Position numbers and translations under genes: made by a program. A stretch of DNA of 64,000 nt from the human T2T-CHM13v2.0 reference genome, Homo sapiens, in assembly GCF_009914755.1 (NCBI RefSeq), contig NC_060942.1; one strand, given 5' to 3'. Positions 59,600 to 64,000 of this stretch are shown in pieces (the first letter of the stretch is position 1; the number at the start of each line of letters is the position of its first letter). Under the pieces are notes generated by a model. It ran no database searches. It was not told where the DNA came from and saw nothing but the letters and a program-made list of their open reading frames with translations.

Positions 59600-60930
59600 A
59601 TTTGTTGATTCATAAGTAGCAAAGGCTGCTTTAAAGTTACAGTAGTCCCACAAGGATAGACAAATAGACCAGTGGAACAGCATAGAGTCCCAAAGCATAG
59701 CCACACACATGCAATGGGACAAGATTTGTCCTTTCACTAAATGGGACTAGGTCAGTTGGATATCCACATGGAAATAAATGCATCTTGACCCTTATGTTGC
59801 AGTATGTACAAAACTCAATTCCAGATGAATCATTGACTTAAAGGTGAAAGGTAAAACAATAAAGCCCCTAGGAGATAACAAAGGAAAATATATTTACAAC
59901 TTTGAGAAGGCAAAGATTTCAATACAGGACAGAAAAACACTAGCCATAAAGGAATAAATAAGATCATTTTGAGTACATTAAAATTAAGATCTTCTGTTCA
60001 TCAAAAGATACCCTTATGAGTGAAAAGGCAAGTCACAAAATGGGAGAAGATATTTATGTGTTATCTCTCTTTGTGTGTGTAAATATTCAATAAAGGACTC
60101 ATATTCAAAATATATAAAAGGCTTCTTAAATAAGAAAATGACAGTCCAATAGAAAAATGGGGAAGAGACTTGAATAGGTACTCCGTTCAAGATGGTACCC
60201 AAATGACCAGTAACCTTTATTCATCAGGGAAATGCAAATTAAAACTATAGTGATACTACTGCATACCCACCAGAATGGTTAAAATGTAAAAGCGTGATAA
60301 TCTTAAGGGTTGGAAAAGCTGCGGAACAAAAAGAACACCCACATACCCACTTTTAAAAACTCTTAGGCAGTTATGAAGCTGAACATATGCATGGTCTGTG
60401 ACCTAGCAATTCCACACCTAAATAAAAACTCGACACCTTTGTATATATATGTGCCCCAAAAGACATAATACAAAACAGAGCAGTCTGTGTGATAGCAAAA
60501 AAATGGAAACAATGCAATGTTCATCAATAGTGGAATTGATACTTATAGAATATTCATAGAATAGAATACTGTACAGCCCTGAAAATGAATGTATGGTTAT
60601 ATCCCTGCAACATCATGGATGAATCTCACAGATATATAGTTGCAAGAAAGAATCTAGACACAGGAGAGTACATAATGCACATTGATATATCAAGTTCTAG
60701 TATAGGGAAAACTAATTTGTAATTTTCTAAGTCAAGATAGCAGTTTACCTTTGGAGAGGAGGGGGTTTTGACTGGCAGGGAGTGGTGGGGGTCTCTGGGT
60801 GCTAGTAGTGCAAGCAGAATATTTCCTTATCTGAGTGGTAGTTATATGGATGTGCTCACTATGAGATTCATTGATTTATATAGCTTTCTACACGTGTTAT
60901 ACTTAAATAATAAAGTTTACTTAAAAAATA
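59600..60930 (+). mobile_element. Old L1M 3' portion
   Basis: GATAGACAAATAGACCAGTGGAACAG, CATCAGGGAAATGCAAATTAAAAC and ATGGATGAATCTCACA; 3' end TACTTAAATAATAAAG. Confidence 0.8.
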
Positions 60931-62074
60931 GATGGAAGCGATTGGTATAGAATACCTTGGCTTTTGTAATTTGGGAATTTGCTATCTGGAAGAGGAGAGG
61001 TGATGAGAAAGTCCTAGAAGTTTTTCAGATACTTTAACTTGAAGGTTATACAGTGGCAGGTTTATCCTTATCCCTGAGTGCAGCGAGTGCTTTAGCACTG
61101 TGGTCTCTGAGGAGCCTGAGGACCAGGAAGCAGCAGAATAGCCATTTCTGTGGCCCTTTCTCTCCTTCAGATGCACTAGAGCTCCACCATCTTGCTTTAT
61201 CCATAATAGATGGTGCTAGCGGTGGGCAGGGTGCTGTGGGCTGGAGGAAGGAATCCAAAAGCTCCTTTTCCTCTCTCTTTCTCCTTCTCTTTCTTCCCTC
61301 TCTTTTCTTCTTACTCTGTTGCAAAGAGTAAGAATTTTTGCTAGGCAGCCTGCACCCACAGATTAAAAGACAAAAGAACATTTACTTAAAGGACAGATGT
61401 AAATTAGTGTACTGGGACACAAATGCTAAGACTTCAGAATGTTGTAGAACCTAGACCCAGTGGGCAGTGCAGAAGGCTTCTTTGAGCAGGCAAGAATTCC
61501 ATTGTCAGAATCTGAACGAGAAGTTTTAAAAACTTTCTTCAGGGAAAGAAAACCTCATTTGGTTTAACAACACTGATTCCTGCATGCCAGGGCATAATTG
61601 GCTCCTCCAGGAGGGTGTTTATCTCTGCAGTGGTATTGGCTGGGATCACTCAGCAGTCAAGCCATGTCCAGCTTTTGTGAGCATGGTGGTCAAGTCAAAA
61701 TACAAAAATGTCTTTTGCAAGCCCTGGGGTTTTCAGTCTGGCCCCTTCTTGGTAATGGGAAAGTCAAGGAAAGAAATAACAAGAAACCATTGAGTTTATG
61801 GGAATAGAAAGATTCAAATATGCCTGCCAGTGGCATAATTAGGTTGACTTCTAATTTTCCTTTATATCTTCCTTGTTTTCAAGCTAACCAGATAAGTTAA
61901 AAACTTATTTACTCTTAAAAACATTGTCCTAATAGAACTTGCTTTTGATTCTTTTTTAGTGCTGTTTCTCATATATGAAGTCAGAACTGAAAATTCTATT
62001 CACTGAATTAACAGACAATATGTTTAAATGGTGTAGACTTTTTGCCACATATTTCACACTTATAAAGTACTTCA

Positions 62075-62370
62075 GGTCAGGCGCGGTTGCTCACGCCTTG
62101 TAATCCCAGCACTTTGGGAGGCTGAGGCGGGAGGATCTCTTAAGCCCAGGACTTTGAGACTAGCCTAGGCAACAGAGTGAGAGCCTGTCTCTACAAAAAC
62201 ATAATTAAAAAAAAATTAGTAGTCGCAGGTACTCGGAGGCTGAGGTGGGAGGATCACTTGCGCCTAGGAGTTTGAGGCTACAGTGAGCTATGATCGCACC
62301 ACTGCACTTCAGCCTGGGCAACAGGGTGAGACCTTGTCTCTTTTATTTTTAAAATATAAAAAATTTAAAA
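62075..62370 (+). mobile_element. AluJ-like with small internal deletion
   Basis: Alu body lacking the start of the right arm. Confidence 0.9.
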
Positions 62371-62959
62371 GGTCCTTCAAATTGCTATACTTCTTGAGAA
62401 AACAATACTGAATTACTTGGTTTGTGAAAAAGTCCAAAGAACGTCGTTGGCTTAGGAAAGAGAGACTCACCAGGAGCAGATACCCAGCCCAACTGCCTAT
62501 GTTGCACTCTGCGTTTTCTCAGCTCGGACTTTGGCATTTTACATCCAGTGATTCAAGAGTTTTGCCCTTGCTGGGACCGGTTATCTTTGAACCAGACAAA
62601 AATAGGCACAAAATCAGTTGCTTTCAGTGATATCTCTGTAAAGTACGTCATGAGGTTTCTTTGAATTGGGAGATTTTCCTGCTAATTTAGGAAGCAGCTG
62701 AGGAGGCTCTCCAAGGCAGCTCAGATGTTTCACCAATTCCCCAAGAGTGATCTTTCCCCCTCAACAATGCTGAAATCATTGACTTCATCACCTTTGTTTC
62801 GATTGTTAAAAATTGTATTCATCAAAGATAAAACTCACTGGTGTGCTGGCAGAGCCCCATTTGAGTTTTTGTGAAGATTAGATGAATTAATCCAGGAGTG
62901 GCATCTAGATGATGCTTGGAATGCAGTAAATTCTTAAAAAATGGCTTATTGTATAGGTA

Positions 62960-63035
62960 TTAGCTTGGTGCAAATGTGCGGCTTTTGCCGTTACTTTCAA
63001 AGGCAAAAACCGCAATTACTTTTGCACCCATCTAA
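62960..63035. mobile_element. MADE1 mariner MITE
   Basis: TA|TTAGCTTGGTGCAAA...TTTTGCACCCATCTAA|TA, near-palindromic ~76 bp. Confidence 0.88.
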
Positions 63036-63039
63036 TATG

Positions 63040-63225
63040 TTGTGAGCCACTGCCAGATGTTTTACCTACAAAATCTCAACTCCTCACAGTGACTCTGCAA
63101 GGTGGTTGGTAGTATTTCTCACTTCACTGATAAAGAAGAAGAGCATCAGAGAAGTAATTTGGGTGAGGTCACACAGCTGGTGAACAGCAGTGTAGGGCAC
63201 TGAACCCAAGTCTTTCCTCCCCACT
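63040..63225 (-). mobile_element. MIR
   Basis: CAGAGAAGTAATTTG...GAGGTCACACAGCTGG...TGAACCCAAGTCT. Confidence 0.65.
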
Positions 63226-63345
63226 GCCATCATCTCTCTCTCTTTCTCAAATTGTGGTTTGAACCTCCTGGAAGGTTTATAGCAGTTTTCTTGTGGGATG
63301 GAGGGGTGGCATGACTTTTACAGTTTGAAAAATACTTCTTTGTGC

Positions 63346-63560
63346 TAGAGGTTGACAAATACTTTCTACAAAGGGCCACATAGTATTTTAGTATTTTAGG
63401 CTTTGTGGACCATACAGTCTCTGTGGCAATGACTCAACTCTGCCATTGTAGTGTGAAAGCACCACAGGCAATACTTAAACCAATGTGTATGCCTGTGTTC
63501 CAATAAAGCTTTATTTATAGAATTAGGCTATGGGTCAGATTTGGCCCATGGGTTTTTAGT
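63346..63560. mobile_element. MER58A-like hAT-Charlie
   Basis: AAAGGGCCACATAG...TTTTAGGCTTTGTGG...ACTCAACTCTGCCATTGTAG...TGTGTTCCAATAAA...GATTTGGCCC. Confidence 0.85.
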
Positions 63561-63689
63561 TCTGTTCCCTTCAAGCCCCCCCACAACCTTAGGTGTTTCC
63601 ACTTCTCTGTTAACAGCATCACTGCCTGTCTTCCTGGAAGCTTTCCACTTTATCTGTTCAAATGTCAAAGTTGCACCCTCTACTAATGT

Positions 63690-64000
63690 TTGAGAGCTGC
63701 CATGTGCTGGGCACTGGGGAGAGGGCAGTGGCCAGGACAAAGTTCCTGACCGCATGGACCTGGTATCTGGTGGGAGACAAGTGTTTGGCAGGTGGTAAAG
63801 ATAAAAAGAATAGGTGAAGGAGACAGAGAGTGACAGGGATCCTTTTTCATGTGGGGTAGCCCAGGAAGGACTCTGAAGACAGGGCAATGGAGCAGAGTCC
63901 AACAGGGCGGGAGAGAGGAGAACACATGGCTCTGGGTGAGGAGCTTTCTGGGTGGGGGGAACAGCAAGTGCAAGGGTCCTGAGATGGGAGTGTGCCTAGC
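63690..64000 (-). mobile_element. L2 fragment
   Basis: ATGTGCTGGGCACTGGGGA...GAACAGCAAGTGCAAGGGTCCTGAG. Confidence 0.6.

Overview
Human (or very closely related great-ape) DNA from chr18q12.2. It holds the last two coding exons and 3' UTR of MOCOS (+), a ~25 kb repeat-rich intergenic stretch, and the CpG-island promoter, first coding exon and first ~30 kb of intron 1 of FHOD3 (+). Three retrocopies sit in the first 15 kb: a 3'-truncated U4 snRNA, a WDR45B/WIPI3 processed pseudogene and a decayed RRAS2 pseudogene. Repeats include ~20 Alus, a twin-primed inverted L1PA, old L1M, LTR and DNA-transposon fossils. I see no prokaryotic-type or wholly new system. The best leads are regulatory or mutational: an overlapping upstream ORF at the FHOD3 start, an inverted-Alu pair gated by alternative polyadenylation in the MOCOS 3' UTR, a CpG-retaining MER1 with an NRF1-like motif, and template-switch scars. 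Gene and repeat names come from recalled sequences, not searches; boundaries of old repeats are approximate.
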